A stretch of DNA of 64,000 nt, taken from positions 186,001 through 250,000 of the forward strand of contig NW_020844379.1 of NCBI RefSeq assembly GCF_003704095.1. The letters run 5' to 3'. The notes beneath the pieces are model-generated. The model was not told the DNA's origin and ran no database searches. It saw only the letters and a program-made list of their open reading frames with translations. The first letter of the stretch is position 1; each line of letters starts with the position of its first letter. This stretch comes from Pocillopora damicornis (Eukaryota). Below are positions 63,620 through 64,000 of the stretch, piece by piece. The position numbers and the translations under genes are program-made.

Positions 63620-64000
63620 ATGGAGAACATAAATATTCCAGAATTAAGAACTGAGGCAAAACGGCTCGGACTCAAAAGATATCAAGACTTAGAAAGCAGG
63701 AATTGATTCTTGATCAGCCAGTTCCAGAAATTGATGCGCCACTTCTAACGCCATCAAAATATGTCCCTCGTCCTAAGACCCCGAGTTGAAGCCAAAGAAG
63801 AAAGAAGAATGGAAATCAGAGAAATCGAGGAGATGCTTAGATTGAGAAGGTCTACTTCAGAGGACGTAGCCAGCGGAACTGAATTTAATGAGTTTGTTAA
63901 AAATGACAAAACTCATCAGTTTGAAATTCGCGAGTTGGCAAGCGCGTTAAGCGGTTTCATTAAACAATTTAGAGTCGAAGGAATTGAAGCTTTTGGATGG
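63620..64000 (+). pseudogene. Rho_N/HeH-type N-terminus of a probable Maverick PolB ORF
   Basis: MENINIPELRTEAKRLGLKRY..LDQPVPEIDAPLLTP..FEIRELASALSGFIKQFRVEG; frameshifts. Confidence 0.5.

Larger units (their letters stand above)
61786..64000. mobile_element. Decayed Maverick/Polinton (adintovirus-like) endogenous element, continues past the window
   Basis: Intronless, tightly packed gene relics on both strands: capsid-like, amphipathic/hydrophobic-tailed protein, Rho_N-type N-terminus of a probable PolB ORF. Confidence 0.7.

Overview
Eukaryotic, AT-rich, intron-rich genomic DNA. The repeat families and gene content suggest a stony coral or other anthozoan (inference). I reconstructed two + strand genes exon by exon with consistent intron phases. 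(1) NOM1/Sgd1-like nucleolar MIF4G+MA3 protein: 17 exons, 91-17649, 5' end outside the window; its first visible intron (242-1135) has U12-type (minor spliceosome) signals. (2) A complete AC5/6-like transmembrane adenylyl cyclase: 23 exons, 35860-58176, about 1,160 aa, with an unusual Ser-to-Glu change at the forskolin/pseudo-catalytic site. Between the genes are a degenerate 18-bp tandem array interrupted by a Tc1/mariner remnant, decayed CR1/L2-group LINEs, a tandem tRNA-derived SINE and MITEs. NOM1 introns hold two Penelope GIY-YIG remnants and minimal hammerhead-ribozyme motifs; one motif is intact inside a 100-bp insertion with a 14-bp target-site duplication. The last ~2.2 kb is a decayed Maverick/Polinton (adintovirus-like) endogenous element that runs off the window edge. 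All family calls come from motif recognition by eye; no searches were run.
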